Under the pieces are notes generated by a model. The model was not told the DNA's origin. It saw only the letters and a list, made by a program, of their open reading frames with translations, and ran no database searches. The translations under genes were made by a program, and so were the position numbers. Source: Candidatus Saccharimonadota bacterium (lineage in GTDB: Bacteria; Patescibacteriota; Saccharimonadia; QS-5-54-17). From it: a DNA stretch of 64,000 bases. Below, piece after piece: positions 18,383-28,808 of the stretch; within the stretch, counting starts at the first letter, position 1, and every line of letters starts with the position of its first letter. The stretch lies in contig JBJHCT010000003.1 in the NCBI GenBank assembly GCA_050486185.1, forward strand, positions 37,500 to 101,499, read 5' to 3'.

Positions 18383-20749
18383 ATGAGACGTCAAAGCTTT
18401 AACCACTACCACCAAGGCAAAACTAGATTCTTGCAGTATGTCTGGATATTGTCGCTAGTATTATCACCTCTATCAAATCCTCAATCAGTAGATGCTGATG
18501 ACCCTATAGATATATCAAGCTGCTTAGAGCTACAAGATGTCGGTAGCGATCCTTCGGATCTTCCCCTAGATGGTTATTATCGGTTGCTCGATCATATAGA
18601 TTGTACTTTTGAGACCTCTGATCCTGATGGCACTCTATATAACGGGGGTGAGGGTTTTGATCCGATCGGAAGCGAACTCGAGCCTTTTATCGGCATATTA
18701 GACGCTCAAGGTTTTTCTATAACCGGTCTACATATTAATAGAGGCGAAGTAAGGGTCGGCTTATTCAGTAGTATAGATGCTCCGGCCGAGATATTAAATC
18801 TTGATTTAATAGATATCGATATCGCCAATTCACTAGACTATACGGCCGGGCTAGTAGGCTATATGCAGGCAGGCAGTATTAATAACGTTAATATTAGCGG
18901 TATAAGCAATATATCTGGAGGCAATAAGGTCGGTGGTTTGGTGGGATTTGCTAGCAGTGACGTCAGTATTACTAACTCCTCTGTGACTGTTGATGTTGAT
19001 GGTGGTAGTGATGTCGGCGGGCTGATTGGCGAAAACGCCGGCATAGTCTCGCAGTCTGTCTCGGTCGGTAGTGTTAGTGGCGTTAGTAATATTGGTGGTT
19101 TAGCAGGCTTTAGTAGTGGCGATATTAATGAGTCACAGAGCCAAAGTAGTGCAATAGGAAGCGGTAATAACATCGGTGGGTTGGTGGGAGAAAATCAAGG
19201 CAATATCACTGATTCCTATGCTGTAAGCAACATTTCATCGATGGGTGATAATGCTGGTGGTTTAGTGGGGTATAACAACGGTAATGTCGAAGGGTCTCAT
19301 GCTACGGGTGAGGTAGAGGGGATTAATCATGTCGGTGGTTTAGCTGGGTACAATAGTGCTACTATCACTAGTTCGTATGCTGAGGGTGACGTTAGCGCTA
19401 GTGACTCTTATGCTGGCGGGTTGGTAGGGTATAACGATAACAATATAACACTGACTCATGCTAGCGGCAGAGTCACTATTGATGAAGATTCTGGATTTGG
19501 AGCTGGTGGACTAGCCGGCTATAACGAGGGAGAGATATATAGATCCTACTCTGAAGGAGATATATATTTTGAACACACCAACAACGTGTGGGATATCGGC
19601 GGTTTGGTAGGAGAGAATCATGGTCTTATCTCACAATCTTTCTCTACCAGTAATGTGGTTGATATTAATGGCGCACCCATAGCGGACACTAATTTTGTTG
19701 GTGGGTTGGTAGGCACACTAAATGGAGGGTCGATAACAAACACTTATGCTAGAGGAGCTACATATAGTACTCTTTTGGGAGGATCTTTAGTCGGTGATGT
19801 CCTTGATGGTGAAGTAAGTAACTCGTATGGTACAGGAGAGGTTTCAGGAGATGATTTAGGTGGCCTAATAGGAGATAACTGGAATGATGCTCCAGTAACC
19901 AACTCTTTTTGGGACATGGATAGTACCGGTATCGATGAGGCTAACAATACCAGTGGCTCAGGTACCGGCAAAACCACCGAAGAGATGAAGGATGTACGCA
20001 CCTATACGGATGAAGAGTTCTCTAGTGGTTTAGATCTGCCGGTTTGGGACTTTGTCGGTAATCCAAACGATGATGTTGGCCTAGATGATATCTGGAGCAT
20101 AGATTCAGAAGGTGTTATTAATGATGGCTATCCTTTCTTTGATTGGTGGTGGCAACTACAACAAGAGGGCGATGGGGATGATAACGGTAATGGCGATGAC
20201 GGTGAAGATAACGGCGATGATGAGATAGAAACTAACTTAGATAACGATAAGAACGGCGACGGTATACCAGATGATCAGCAAGATAACGTTGCTTATATCA
20301 TCAGCCCGATTACCGGTGAATTAGTAGTCTTAGAGGTAGATGAGCAGTGCTCAATTACGGCTCTTTTCATAGTTAGTGAAGATGATAACGATGTGAGCGA
20401 TATAGGTTACGATTATCCCCAAGGCTTTATAACTTTTACGATTAACTGTGTGACCCCAGGGTATACTTCTGATATCATTTTATACTATTACGGTATTGAA
20501 ACTAGTGATTTAGATAAGTATCTTTTGCGTAAACACAATCCCAACACCGGTGCATACTTCAGTATTGAGGGTGTGAGTATAGATACTACTAATATATATA
20601 GCGAGATGGTTTTAAGAGTTAATTACCAGGCTACCGATGGTGGTGAGCTTGATATAGATGGTGAGACTAACGGTATCATCACTGACCCTGTCGGCTTAGG
20701 TGTAGAGGTAGTCGGCGTACCCGATACCGGTTTGGGTGGCGGTAGATAG
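18383..20749 (+). CDS. Secreted GLUG-repeat protein with C-terminal choice-of-anchor-U-like domain and VPDTG end
   Basis: Signal peptide; many GGLVGxN repeats; acidic linker; DGGELDIDG..NGIITDPVG. Confidence 0.85.
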   Translation: MRRQSFNHYHQGKTRFLQYVWILSLVLSPLSNPQSVDADDPIDISSCLELQDVGSDPSDLPLDGYYRLLDHIDCTFETSDPDGTLYNGGEGFDPIGSELEPFIGILDAQGFSITGLHINRGEVRVGLFSSIDAPAEILNLDLIDIDIANSLDYTAGLVGYMQAGSINNVNISGISNISGGNKVGGLVGFASSDVSITNSSVTVDVDGGSDVGGLIGENAGIVSQSVSVGSVSGVSNIGGLAGFSSGDINESQSQSSAIGSGNNIGGLVGENQGNITDSYAVSNISSMGDNAGGLVGYNNGNVEGSHATGEVEGINHVGGLAGYNSATITSSYAEGDVSASDSYAGGLVGYNDNNITLTHASGRVTIDEDSGFGAGGLAGYNEGEIYRSYSEGDIYFEHTNNVWDIGGLVGENHGLISQSFSTSNVVDINGAPIADTNFVGGLVGTLNGGSITNTYARGATYSTLLGGSLVGDVLDGEVSNSYGTGEVSGDDLGGLIGDNWNDAPVTNSFWDMDSTGIDEANNTSGSGTGKTTEEMKDVRTYTDEEFSSGLDLPVWDFVGNPNDDVGLDDIWSIDSEGVINDGYPFFDWWWQLQQEGDGDDNGNGDDGEDNGDDEIETNLDNDKNGDGIPDDQQDNVAYIISPITGELVVLEVDEQCSITALFIVSEDDNDVSDIGYDYPQGFITFTINCVTPGYTSDIILYYYGIETSDLDKYLLRKHNPNTGAYFSIEGVSIDTTNIYSEMVLRVNYQATDGGELDIDGETNGIITDPVGLGVEVVGVPDTGLGGGR

Positions 20750-20821
20750 TAGGGAGAAGATAAAAATATCTATTAAAAACTAAAGAGTATCAGGGTGTTA
20801 AAATTATCTCTGCTACTGAAT

Positions 20822-21850
20822 TTATGGATTTAACCCCAAGACGGCTTGCTTGATCTTGTTTAAGTTATCCTGAGCTATTGGCCTAACCTTCTCGGCACCT
20901 ACCCTTAGCACCTCATCTAGTTGTTCGGAGCTATTAATTAGCTGGTGGTATTTTTCCGACATTGGCCCGAATCTATCTACTATTACTTCTAGCAATCTTT
21001 CCTTGGCCTCTTTCCAGCCGATATTGCCTGACTCTAGGTCACTCTTTAGCGCTTGGGACTGCTCAGCATCTGCTAGGGTTGTAAATATTTGGTATATCAG
21101 GCTGTCTTCTGCTACCAACTGCTCACCGGCTGATGATGAGTCGGTGACTATCTTGCGAACTGCCTCCCACCACCCATCTTTATCGGTAAATAGGGGGATG
21201 ATATTGTCATAACTCTTGCTCATCTTGCGTCCATCTACACCTACCACTTCTTTAGCCTCATCTTTGAGTAGGTGTTCTGGCAGGGTGATTATCTCATCTC
21301 CGATCGCATGGTTGAATCTCTGAGCGATATCACGAGCAATCTCTACATGCTGGGCCTGGTCTTTACCGACCGGTATTACATCGGCGTTAAACAGCAAGAT
21401 ATCACTAGCCATCAGTAAGGGGTAGGTATATAGGCCCATATTTATACCTTCATCTGGGTCTTTGTTGTTTTGGGTATTTAAATCTACCGCGGCTTTGTAG
21501 GCATGAGCTTTATTCATCCAGCCCTTAGGAGTGAAGTTAGTTAGTATGGTAGCTAACTCAAAAACTTCTGGGACATCCGATTGGCGGTATAGGTTGAACT
21601 TGTCGGTATCTAGTCCAGCTGCTATCCAGGTAGCTGCTACTAAGTAAGTCTGTTTTTTGATTAGTTCACCATCATAGGTAGTGTTGAGAGCATGATAGTC
21701 AGCTATAAATAGGTTGCCTTGGTCGTATTGATTTACTAGCTCAAGACTAGGCTCTATAGCGCCTAGGTAGTTGCCGATATGTGGAGTGCCGGTCGGCTTG
21801 ATGCCGGTTAGTAGAACTTGCTTAGATGTATCTGTTTTACTCATGTTCAA
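20822..21850 (-). CDS. trpS: Tryptophan--tRNA ligase
   Basis: TGIKPTG, HIGN, VGKDQ, KMSKS. Confidence 0.97.
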   Translation of the reverse strand: MNMSKTDTSKQVLLTGIKPTGTPHIGNYLGAIEPSLELVNQYDQGNLFIADYHALNTTYDGELIKKQTYLVAATWIAAGLDTDKFNLYRQSDVPEVFELATILTNFTPKGWMNKAHAYKAAVDLNTQNNKDPDEGINMGLYTYPLLMASDILLFNADVIPVGKDQAQHVEIARDIAQRFNHAIGDEIITLPEHLLKDEAKEVVGVDGRKMSKSYDNIIPLFTDKDGWWEAVRKIVTDSSSAGEQLVAEDSLIYQIFTTLADAEQSQALKSDLESGNIGWKEAKERLLEVIVDRFGPMSEKYHQLINSSEQLDEVLRVGAEKVRPIAQDNLNKIKQAVLGLNP

Positions 21851-21909
21851 TCTATATTATGCCACTAGATTTAGATATAGAGAAATCTGCGCCTTATAAA
21901 GGTTTATTA

Positions 21910-21966
21910 GGACTAGGCGCGCAAATGGTCAACGCACCTGATACCGGGCTTGACGGCGGTAGGTAA
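21910..21966 (+). pseudogene. Remnant 3' end of a paralog of the GLUG protein
   Basis: GLGAQMVNAPDTGLDGGR* versus GLGVEVVGVPDTGLGGGR* (20693-20749), 12/18 identical, same stop position. Confidence 0.65.
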
Positions 21967-22093
21967 TACTAACTATCTAACTGTAGATAATCTACTTGAT
22001 AGACTTTGCCATCCTCTATAAGGTAATAGTGAAACCTGCTGCATAGAAGGTATACTAGTTATATAACCCCCCAAAAAAGGTAATATTTGAGTA

Positions 22094-23905
22094 ATGCAAG
22101 ATCAATATCAATCATCCATAGACAACCAAATCAAGCAATCTCTAGTTAAGCTAGATAGTAATGTCAAAGTAGGCACTAATTTAGCGTCTGAATCCTCCTT
22201 GCTAGATGAATTAGCTACTAATATAGCTGAAGCCACTAGTTTGGATAAGCTTGAGATTAAGCAACTACTATCGCCACCACCAGAGCGAGATGATTTAACT
22301 CTAGACTTTGATTATGGGTTAGCTACCTTTACTTTAGCTAAAGACACCAAAAAATCCCCAGTAGATGTAGCTAAAAGCCTGGCTAAGAGCCTATCAGGAA
22401 GCGACCTCATAGCTGATGTCCAGGCTGTAGGTCCATATCTCAACGTCGCTATTAAAGACCAAGGAGTTATTGAATCTTTACGCCAAATAGTTGATGCAGG
22501 GGAAGAAGAGCAAGCCTCTAAGGGTACAGTCGTCATAGATTTTTCTTCTCCTAATGTAGCTAAACCTTTCGGAGTAAACCACCTGCGTTCTACTGTGATC
22601 GGCGAAGCTATAGCTAGGTTGTTAGAGTCTCAAGGCTTTGTAGTGATTAGAGATAATCATTTAGGTGATTGGGGTACTCAGTTTGGTAATATCTTAGCTG
22701 CCTATGACATCTACAACCCAGAAAAAGATTTCAGTGATTTAAATATTGATGAGATCAATGAACTATACATTCGTTACTCCCAAGAGATGAAAACAGATGA
22801 GGATCTAGTAGAGAAAGGCAGAGAGTATTTCTCTCGTCTCAGCCAGGGTGATGAGGAGTTGCTAACTAGGTGGCAACACTGCGTTGATTTAAGCCAGCAG
22901 GATTTTGATAGAGTCTATCAGCGTCTAGGTGTTGAGTTTGACATCCAAATCGGTGAAGCCTACTTTGCCGAAACCACCGATGAGTTATTAGATGAGCTGG
23001 TTAAAGATAGTGGCTCAAAATCGGTAGTAGTAGATGAAGACGGCAGCATTCATATAGACGGCAAGCATCCAGTAATGCTTCGTACAGCTGGTGGTTATTC
23101 GGTCTATGCAGCTAGAGATCTAAGCACTATTAAATTTAGAAGTCAGACATATAACCCTAATGCGATTATCTATGTAGTCGGTCATGAGCAATCTACTTCT
23201 TTTGAGGCGGTTTTTGATGTTGCTAAGCAGCTGGGGTTGAACAAGACTGATCGGGGCGAGGCCGACTTAGAGCATGTCGGCTTCGGCCTATTAGTTGGAA
23301 CAGATGGCAAGAAGCTCTCAACTAGGAAAGGTACTAGCGGTAAGCTAGAAGATCTGATTAACCAGCTAGAAGAGAGGGCTTTAGCTGAAATTAAATCCAG
23401 GAATCCCGATATGAATGAATCAGAAGCTCAAGACAACGCCAAAGTCTTAAGTGTAGCGGCACTAGTTTGGCACGATCTTAGGACTGATAGGAACACTAAT
23501 GTCCGTTTTGATCCAGGTGCTATGTTAGCTTTAGGTTCAGGTAGCGTAGTTGACGTGCTTTATTCGTATGTACGTAGTCAGAGGATTTTAGCCAATCTCG
23601 GTGAGGTTGATTTATCGAACGTAGCTTTAGAGTTCAGCGCTGGGATAGAGCATAGTTTAGGTGTTAAGTTGGCTGAACTGCCGGAAATAGTAGCTAAAGC
23701 AGCTCAAATGAAGTCACCACACATATTAGTCGGCTATTTGCATGAGCTATCGAAACTACATGGTAGTTTCTACGAAGCTAGCCCGGTTATAGGTGAGGAA
23801 GATCAGAGCAAGCAGGCACTAAGAGTCTTACTCCATCAAGCCTACATCAAGGTGGTTGCTCAGGGGCTAGATCTACTTAATATCAAACCACCCTCTAGGC
23901 TTTAG
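22094..23905 (+). CDS. argS: Arginine--tRNA ligase
   Basis: IDFSSPNVAKP..HLRSTVIG, GDWGTQFG, KLSTRKG, anticodon-binding domain. Confidence 0.95.
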   Translation: MQDQYQSSIDNQIKQSLVKLDSNVKVGTNLASESSLLDELATNIAEATSLDKLEIKQLLSPPPERDDLTLDFDYGLATFTLAKDTKKSPVDVAKSLAKSLSGSDLIADVQAVGPYLNVAIKDQGVIESLRQIVDAGEEEQASKGTVVIDFSSPNVAKPFGVNHLRSTVIGEAIARLLESQGFVVIRDNHLGDWGTQFGNILAAYDIYNPEKDFSDLNIDEINELYIRYSQEMKTDEDLVEKGREYFSRLSQGDEELLTRWQHCVDLSQQDFDRVYQRLGVEFDIQIGEAYFAETTDELLDELVKDSGSKSVVVDEDGSIHIDGKHPVMLRTAGGYSVYAARDLSTIKFRSQTYNPNAIIYVVGHEQSTSFEAVFDVAKQLGLNKTDRGEADLEHVGFGLLVGTDGKKLSTRKGTSGKLEDLINQLEERALAEIKSRNPDMNESEAQDNAKVLSVAALVWHDLRTDRNTNVRFDPGAMLALGSGSVVDVLYSYVRSQRILANLGEVDLSNVALEFSAGIEHSLGVKLAELPEIVAKAAQMKSPHILVGYLHELSKLHGSFYEASPVIGEEDQSKQALRVLLHQAYIKVVAQGLDLLNIKPPSRL

Positions 23906-24459
23906 TGTTGGTCCCAATGGAAGATTGTGTAGGTGCGTTAATTAATGGTGGAGTGGGGGTGATTCCAACTGATACTATTTATGGAGTTGTGGCTTCAGCA
24001 CATGATCGTAAAGCCGTTGAGAGGGTTTATGAGGTTAAAGGCAGAAATTCAGACAAACCCTTCATTATTTTAATCGGCAGCATTGATGATGTAGGTGGAT
24101 TCGGGGTTAAGTTAGGTGATGATATTAAAGCTAAGTTAGATGAGTATTGGCCGGGTCCGATCAGCATTATCTTGCCAAGCCAGGATGATAAATATGAGTA
24201 TTTACACAGGGGTACTCAGTCATTAGCCTTTCGTCTGCCAGATAAGCAAGATTTGATTACACTACTAAAACTAACCGGTCCATTAATAGCGCCATCTGCT
24301 AATCCAGAAGGATTACCACCTGCTAAAGATATTAATCAAGCTAAAGAGTATTTTGGTGATGAGCTAGATTTCTATATTGACGGTGGAGATTTAGAAGCAA
24401 ATCCATCAAAATTGCTGAAATTAGAGGTCGATGGGTCAATTAGGGTAATTAGAGACTAG
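23905..24459 (+). CDS. tsaC: L-threonylcarbamoyladenylate synthase
   Basis: PTDTIYG, KGRNSDKP, WPGP, APSAN. Confidence 0.92.
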   Translation: MLVPMEDCVGALINGGVGVIPTDTIYGVVASAHDRKAVERVYEVKGRNSDKPFIILIGSIDDVGGFGVKLGDDIKAKLDEYWPGPISIILPSQDDKYEYLHRGTQSLAFRLPDKQDLITLLKLTGPLIAPSANPEGLPPAKDINQAKEYFGDELDFYIDGGDLEANPSKLLKLEVDGSIRVIRD

Positions 24460-24521
24460 TTTAAAATCAACAACTTAATCTAAGAGTTCGAAGACTATAA
24501 CAGCTACTGCACACCCTTGTT

Positions 24522-24752
24522 TCATGAAAGAGCAGCCTCTAATTTAGCTTTATCAAAACCGATGATGTATTGATCATCAATTTGTGTAACCGGTACGCCC
24601 ATTTGACCGGTTTTTTCTACTATTTCTTGAGCAGCCTGTTGATCAGTGGATACATCAATCTCTTCATACTCAGCGCCTTTATCTTGCAAGAACTGCTTAG
24701 TCATGTGGCAAAAAGCACATGTTGGGGTGGTATATACTTTGATATTGCTCAT
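24522..24752 (-). CDS. Glutaredoxin-like protein (NrdH/YruB type)
   Basis: YTTPTCAFC, GQMGVPV, IIGFD. Confidence 0.9.
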   Translation of the reverse strand: MSNIKVYTTPTCAFCHMTKQFLQDKGAEYEEIDVSTDQQAAQEIVEKTGQMGVPVTQIDDQYIIGFDKAKLEAALS

Positions 24753-24755
24753 TAT

Positions 24756-25073
24756 CTACCCTTTCTTTAATGTTTTAATACAGCCAAATAAGAGTTTAGC
24801 TCGCGGGTTAACGTAATTAGGTTTATAGCAGGCTTTTTGGCCCATCCGTAGACGCTTGATCAAATCGGCATTCTCCAAGATTTTTAGTTGCTGAGAAGTA
24901 CCCGGCATCGAGATACCTATCTTTTCGGTAATTTCACTAACGCAAAGATCGTTGTTATCGAGTAATAAGCAGACTATCTTCAGCCTGGTAGGATCACCAA
25001 TAGCATCAAAGAGCTTGGCTAGCTCCTCCTCTTCAATCTGTGTATCGCCGTATTTATTTAGAAGATTTAGCAT
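24756..25073 (-). CDS. ArsR/SmtB family regulator
   Basis: FDAIGDPTRLKI, LCVSEI, SQQLKILE. Confidence 0.9.
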   Translation of the reverse strand: MLNLLNKYGDTQIEEEELAKLFDAIGDPTRLKIVCLLLDNNDLCVSEITEKIGISMPGTSQQLKILENADLIKRLRMGQKACYKPNYVNPRAKLLFGCIKTLKKG

Positions 25074-25092
25074 CGATATTCCATATATAATT

Positions 25093-25112
25093 ATTTAATT
25101 AAACAATTAAAT
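25093..25112. promoter_or_regulatory. Candidate ArsR operator
   Basis: ATTTAATT-aaac-AATTAAAT immediately upstream of arsR. Confidence 0.55.
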
Positions 25113-25263
25113 GATAACATAGAATAGATTTAACTTACAAATCATTATAGTTGCAGGCAGTCTTTTTAATATTTTTGTATTAGGGGATTGGTTTTTGCAA
25201 TCTAAGCAGCTTATTGCTAACTAGGATATTATATAAAGTATAGACAAACAGGAGACCAATACT

Positions 25264-27306
25264 ATGTTTGAGCACAGTCGCTCTGATGAGATAAACCACC
25301 ATAAACACGATGATCATGATAATCATGATGAACACGACAAGCATGCCCATCACTCGGTAGCCATGTTTCGTAGTAAGTTTTGGTTATCACTTGTCTTAAC
25401 CGTGCCGGTGTTGATTTACTCTGAAATGATTCAGGCATGGCTAAGCTTTTCTCCGCCAGCATTTACCGGTTCTGAATATATTCCGGCATTACTTGCCAGC
25501 GTAATCTTCTTTTACGGCGGGCTAGTCTTTATTAAAGGCGCTATTTCGGAAATAAAGAGTCGCTCTCCGGGCATGATGAGCTTAATCGCTCTGGCTATTA
25601 TCACAGCCTATAGCTACTCTTTAGCCACCCTCTTTATTATTGATGGTGAGAGTTTCTTCTGGGAGCTAGCTACTTTAATTACCATCATGCTCTTGGGTCA
25701 CTGGTTAGAAATGGCCGCTATATCCAAAGCCGAAGGTGCGTTAGAAGCTATATCTAAACTACTGCCTGATATGGCTGAAAAGTTAATTCCAGGCCAACAA
25801 CATCCAGAAAAAGTAGCGGTTTCTCAGCTGGTCAAGGGTGATTTAGTCTTAGTTCGACCGGGTAGCAGTGTACCGGTGGATGGAGTAGTTAAAGAAGGAG
25901 ATTCTTCAGTTGATGAAGCTATCATAACGGGCGAATCTAAACCGGTGGCCAAATCGGTAGGTGATAACGTCATTGCCGGTAGTATCAATCAAGATGGATC
26001 ACTAACGATCGAAGTCAAAGAAGTAGGTGAGAGTACGGCCCTAGCTGGAATTATGAGGTTGGTTTTAGAGGCCCAAAAGTCCAAATCAAAATCTCAAGTA
26101 TTAGCCGATAAGGCAGCACTTCTACTAACGATTGTAGCTGTAGTATCGGGACTAGTTACTTTAGGTGTTTGGTGGTTGCTAGGTGATATTAACTTTGCTG
26201 TAGCTCGAGCCGTGACAGTAATAATTATTGCCTGTCCCCATGCTTTAGGACTAGCTATACCTCTAGTAGTCTCGATATCTACTACTCTATCGGCCCAAAA
26301 CGGTCTGTTGATTCGCAAACGACCAAGTCTGGAGGCAGCTCGCAATATAGATGTAGTGTTGTTTGATAAGACGGGCACATTAACTCGTGGTGAACATGGA
26401 GTGAGTGATATCTGGACTGTAGATGGATTGGGCGAGGAAGAAGTGCTTAAAATCGCGGCTTCACTAGAGCAAAACAGTGAGCATATCATAGGCCGAGGCA
26501 TAGTGGCTGCAGCTAAGGATAGAGATATCAAGCTGGATAAGGTAGATGAGTTTAAGGCATTAGCTGGTGCGGGAGTTGAGGGTGCTATATCAGGTGAAAA
26601 CTTTAGGGCCGTATCAAGAAGATATATCGAAGAAAATGGTTTAGTAGCACCTAAAGAGATATCAAGCCAGGCACTAACAGCAGCTAAAGAGGGTAAAACT
26701 GAAGTCTATTTACTCAACCAAGACGACAAAGTTCTTGGACTCATAGCTTTAGCTGATATGGTGCGAGAAGAGTCTAAGCAGACTATTGAAGATCTGCGGA
26801 CCTTAGGCATTAAAACAGCTATGATTACTGGTGATTCTAAAGAAGTAGCTGCTTACGTATCGAAAAGCTTAGGTATAGATCAATACTTTGCTGAAGTTAA
26901 ACCAGAGGATAAGGTGGCTAAAGTTAAAAGCCTGCAGGTTGATGGCAGTAAGGTAGCTATGGTAGGAGATGGGGTGAACGATGCGCCAGCTCTAATGCAA
27001 GCAGATATCGGTATAGCTATAGGTGCTGGTACCGATGTAGCTATTAAATCGGCCGACATTATTTTAGTTAAAAACAACCCTCTAGATGTCATCAAAGTCA
27101 TCAACCTCTCAAAAGCTGCTTATCGGAAAATGGTACAGAATCTAATTTGGGCTAGCGGGTATAACGTATTAGCTATACCGCTAGCTGCTGGTGCGGCTAT
27201 TAGTTTTGGTATAGTTTTATCACCAGCTGTGGGTGCAGTATTGATGTCACTTTCTACAATTATTGTGGCCTTAAACGCCCAACTATTGAGGGGTCAGAAA
27301 CTTTAA
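25264..27306 (+). CDS. copB: Copper-translocating P1B-3 ATPase
   Basis: His-rich N-terminus, CPH, DKTGTLT, TGES, GDGVNDAPAL, YN, MSLST. Confidence 0.92.
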   Translation: MFEHSRSDEINHHKHDDHDNHDEHDKHAHHSVAMFRSKFWLSLVLTVPVLIYSEMIQAWLSFSPPAFTGSEYIPALLASVIFFYGGLVFIKGAISEIKSRSPGMMSLIALAIITAYSYSLATLFIIDGESFFWELATLITIMLLGHWLEMAAISKAEGALEAISKLLPDMAEKLIPGQQHPEKVAVSQLVKGDLVLVRPGSSVPVDGVVKEGDSSVDEAIITGESKPVAKSVGDNVIAGSINQDGSLTIEVKEVGESTALAGIMRLVLEAQKSKSKSQVLADKAALLLTIVAVVSGLVTLGVWWLLGDINFAVARAVTVIIIACPHALGLAIPLVVSISTTLSAQNGLLIRKRPSLEAARNIDVVLFDKTGTLTRGEHGVSDIWTVDGLGEEEVLKIAASLEQNSEHIIGRGIVAAAKDRDIKLDKVDEFKALAGAGVEGAISGENFRAVSRRYIEENGLVAPKEISSQALTAAKEGKTEVYLLNQDDKVLGLIALADMVREESKQTIEDLRTLGIKTAMITGDSKEVAAYVSKSLGIDQYFAEVKPEDKVAKVKSLQVDGSKVAMVGDGVNDAPALMQADIGIAIGAGTDVAIKSADIILVKNNPLDVIKVINLSKAAYRKMVQNLIWASGYNVLAIPLAAGAAISFGIVLSPAVGAVLMSLSTIIVALNAQLLRGQKL

Positions 27307-27316
27307 CCATCTGTTG

Positions 27317-27332
27317 AAACTTTATAAAGTTT
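27317..27332. promoter_or_regulatory. Palindromic operator upstream of HTH-Fic gene
   Basis: Perfect 16-bp palindrome AAACTTTATAAAGTTT; partial copy at 27342-27351. Confidence 0.65.
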
Positions 27333-27351
27333 ATGATAGTATTATAAAGTT

Positions 27352-28269
27352 ATGAAATATATCAGACAATTAAAAACCATTTTAGAAGCAGCCTCGTGGT
27401 CTCAAGAAGAGCTAGCTAAGAATTTGGGCGTGTCTTTCCCAACCGTTAACTCATGGATTAATAGTCGCTCAAAACCACGCAAAAACTCTATTTTAAAGAT
27501 AGATAAACTATATATGGATATAGTAGGTGTTGATAGTGTTAGTGAAGATGATCTCAGCACGGCAAAGCAAGAAGCCCTAAACAGTGTTGTTGATATAAAT
27601 AATCTGATTAAAGATTCAGAGGCTCTAGATAAGTTAACGCTTTATCTGACCTACCACACCAACACAATTGAAGGTAGTACGATGACGATATCTGATGTGC
27701 AAAATGTTATTTTTGAAGACAAGGTACTGAGCAATAGGACCTCTATTGAGCAAGCTGAAGCTCGCAATCATCAGGCAACACTAAACTGGCTTCTTAGTAA
27801 GATAGTAGATGAGGAAGATGACTTTGTTGTAGATGAAGAGCTAATAATAGGCATACACTTACGACTCATGAACGGCATCATTAGTGATGCTGGGGAGTAC
27901 AGGAAGCATTCAGTTAGGATTATGGGTTCTTCAGTTCCCTTGGCTAATCCTGTTAAGATACCAGACTTAATAACTAGTTTATCGGAATATATCAAGAACT
28001 CACCTGATGACGTAGTTGCTCACTTGACCAAGACGCATGCTGATTTTGAGAAGATACACCCTTTTAGCGATGGTAATGGGCGAGTTGGCAGGTTGCTGAT
28101 GTTAGCGCAGGCGCTAAAAGCAGGAATACTACCCCCTATAATTAGCAAAGAGCGTAAGTATGCGTACTACAAGTACCTTGAACTTGCTCAAACTAAATCA
28201 CAATATGGGTCGTTAGAACTTTTTGTATGTGAATCTATACGCTTCAGTAAGAATTTGCTCGAAGTATAA
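27352..28269 (+). CDS. XRE-HTH Fic family protein
   Basis: SQEELAKNLGVSFPTVNSW; TNTIEG inhibitory motif; HPFSDGNGRVGR. Confidence 0.92.
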   Translation: MKYIRQLKTILEAASWSQEELAKNLGVSFPTVNSWINSRSKPRKNSILKIDKLYMDIVGVDSVSEDDLSTAKQEALNSVVDINNLIKDSEALDKLTLYLTYHTNTIEGSTMTISDVQNVIFEDKVLSNRTSIEQAEARNHQATLNWLLSKIVDEEDDFVVDEELIIGIHLRLMNGIISDAGEYRKHSVRIMGSSVPLANPVKIPDLITSLSEYIKNSPDDVVAHLTKTHADFEKIHPFSDGNGRVGRLLMLAQALKAGILPPIISKERKYAYYKYLELAQTKSQYGSLELFVCESIRFSKNLLEV

Positions 28270-28356
28270 TTTCTTAGTTGGAGATTTGTATTTTCAGAAC
28301 CTTTTAGTTAACATGAAATTAACAATTTTAATTATAGGTTTTAGACTGGGGATATT

Positions 28357-28782
28357 TTGGGATACAGGATAAATGAGTTTACAAACAGTATCTGGCAACA
28401 GTTAATAGCAGCTGTTGTTTATGGGTTGGTGGTTGGCGGTGTAGTTTTTATTTCGTCAACAGATATTTTTACTAAAGATATAACTAGCGATATACTCTGG
28501 GGTGTGTTAGGTACAAGTATGGCATTTACCTATACCTTAATCCTCCTGCCATTTCTAGCTGCTCTCTTAAACAAACTAAGGTTCTTTAATAGAGCTCGAG
28601 GCGTATTAGCTGCTTGGATACTGGGCGGAGGCTCAGGTCTGACTCTGGCTATTTATGTAGCTATCATTACTGCATCTGAGCCGGCCGGCGGCTGGGCTAT
28701 ACTGGCTATTATTCCGCTAGCACCACTAACTACAGGAGTTGGTTTATTGCTAGGATTTGGCAAAAAGAAAAATGATATATAG
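28357..28782 (+). CDS. Hypothetical 4-TM membrane protein
   Basis: Hydrophobic ORF. Confidence 0.55.
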   Translation: MGYRINEFTNSIWQQLIAAVVYGLVVGGVVFISSTDIFTKDITSDILWGVLGTSMAFTYTLILLPFLAALLNKLRFFNRARGVLAAWILGGGSGLTLAIYVAIITASEPAGGWAILAIIPLAPLTTGVGLLLGFGKKKNDI

Positions 28783-28808
28783 ATAAGGGAGATGGTATTA
28801 GGGTTAAG

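Noticed and set aside
18383-18420. MRRQSF as Tat signal
   Set aside because: Does not match S/T-R-R-x-F-L-K spacing and lies far from the hydrophobic core
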